Shown here: one piece after another, positions 42,077 through 43,160 of the stretch
How the letters are laid out: each line of letters starts with the position of its first letter
How positions within the stretch are numbered: position 1 is the stretch's first letter
NCBI GenBank assembly: GCA_043802745.1
Contig: JAZDKU010000041.1
Location: forward strand, 1 to 43,160
From: a bacterium
GTDB taxonomy: Bacteria > Patescibacteriota > Minisyncoccia > Minisyncoccales > CG1-02-41-26
Direction of reading: 5' to 3'
DNA length: 43,160 bases
Translations under genes and position numbers: made by a program
The notes under the pieces: model-generated
The model's input: the letters and a program-made list of their open reading frames with translations, nothing else
The model's database searches: none
Told to the model about the DNA's origin: nothing

Positions 42077-43160
42077 TAATTCCTTATGGAAAACAATGGA
42101 TCGACCAGAGCGATATTGAGGCTGTGGTTGAAGTATTAAAAAGCGATTGGCTAACTTGCGGGCCAAAGGTTGATGAGTTTGAAAAAGCTATAGCTGATTA
42201 TTGCCACGCAAAATATGCAGTGGCTTTTTCCTCGGGCACCTCTGCTTTGCATGGAGCTTATAACGCTTTGGGGATAAAGCAAGGGGACGAGGTTATTACA
42301 ACGCCTTTAACTTTTTCCGCCACTAGTAATGGAGTGGTTTATTGCCAAGGAACGCCAGTTTTCTGCGATATAAACAAAGAGACATTAAATATAAATCCTG
42401 AGCTTGTCGAAGGACGAATAAATTCTAAAACCAAAGCTATTGCTATTGTGGATCTGGCTGGTCAGCCTTGCGATTTTGACACTATCAGCGCAATTGCCAA
42501 AAAACATAACTTAGCCATTGTGGAAGATGCAGCCCAAGCCTTGGGCTCACAGTATAAGGGAAGGCAAGTAGGCTCAATGGCGGATTTAACTATTTTAAGT
42601 TTTCATCCAGTGAAAACAATTACTAGCGGAGAAGGGGGGATGGTGTTAACTAACAGTGAAGAGCTAGCCAATAAATTAAAAAATTTCAGACACCATGGTA
42701 TTGTTAAAAAACCTGAAAAAGGGCCTTGGTATTATGAAATTGAAAATTTAGGCTATAACTATCGTTTAACTGACATTCATTGCGCTTTAGGGCTTTCCCA
42801 ATTAAAAAAGCTAGACGAATTTGTTAAAAGAAGAAGAGAGATTGTGCAAAAGTATCAGGAGGCGTTTGCCAATATGCCAGAAGTTATTTTAATAAAAGAA
42901 GAAATCTTTGCTAAAAGCGCTTGGCATATTTATCCTGTGCAATTTGATTTAGATAAATTAAAAATTGGCCGGAGAGAAATTTTTGAGCAATTGTCCCAAA
43001 AGGGTATAAAATGCCAAGTGCATCACGTGCCAGTGCACTACATGCCGTTTTATCAAAAAACATTTGGCTATAAAAAGGGGGATTTCCCGATAACCGAGCA
43101 ATACTATGAAAGAGCTATTACCTTGCCTTTGTTTCCTAAATTAACAGATGAGGAAGTTGA
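42073..43160 (+). CDS. pseC: PseC-like UDP-4-amino-sugar aminotransferase (DegT family), 3'-truncated; missing from the ORF track
   Basis: Hand translation: MIIPYGKQWIDQSDIEAVVEVLKSDWLTCGPKV...SSGTSALH...EDAAQALG...SFHPVKTITSGEGG...LGYNYRLTD...TLPLFP; ATGA overlap with pseB. Confidence 0.9.
   Translation, partial: MIIPYGKQWIDQSDIEAVVEVLKSDWLTCGPKVDEFEKAIADYCHAKYAVAFSSGTSALHGAYNALGIKQGDEVITTPLTFSATSNGVVYCQGTPVFCDINKETLNINPELVEGRINSKTKAIAIVDLAGQPCDFDTISAIAKKHNLAIVEDAAQALGSQYKGRQVGSMADLTILSFHPVKTITSGEGGMVLTNSEELANKLKNFRHHGIVKKPEKGPWYYEIENLGYNYRLTDIHCALGLSQLKKLDEFVKRRREIVQKYQEAFANMPEVILIKEEIFAKSAWHIYPVQFDLDKLKIGRREIFEQLSQKGIKCQVHHVPVHYMPFYQKTFGYKKGDFPITEQYYERAITLPLFPKLTDEEV

Overview
AT-rich bacterial DNA (standard code, TGA used as stop), almost entirely + strand. 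Gene content and style suggest Patescibacteria/Parcubacteria (CPR); this is an inference. The window has four parts. (1) 1-1803 is the 3' part of a lamin-tail/FN3/2xDUF1566 surface protein. It is followed by a 540-bp non-coding stretch with three long hairpins, one of which has its own promoter and terminator and is a candidate sRNA. (2) 2347-12709 is a surface-protein module: DeoR-type wHTH regulator, ECF sigma factor, membrane anti-sigma candidate, a 1208-aa S-layer-like protein, a beta-repeat fibre-like protein, an FN3/PG-binding protein and an HExxH metallopeptidase/PG-binding protein. It has GC-rich palindromes at every gene junction from 3410 to 11035. (3) 12714-43160 is a large surface-glycan locus. 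It encodes the WbpB/D/E diacetamido-uronate pathway (WbpD-WbpE fused), epimerases, glycosyltransferases and methyltransferases. It also holds a NodU/SxtI-SxtJ-SGNH-SxtK O-carbamoylation cassette with its own carA/carB, a nucleotide-heptose pathway (gmhA, kinase, HldC-GmhB fusion) with GT9, a class III aminotransferase, a radical SAM enzyme, and pseB/pseC (pseC cut by the window edge). (4) Inserted elements are a RAYT transposase framed by its own REP-like palindromes between sxtK and carA, several REP-like palindromes translated in-frame inside proteins, and a minus-strand GNAT-Nudix-Nudix block with strong Shine-Dalgarno sites. No rRNA, tRNA or CRISPR array was recognised. All family calls come from motif recognition by eye; no searches were run.
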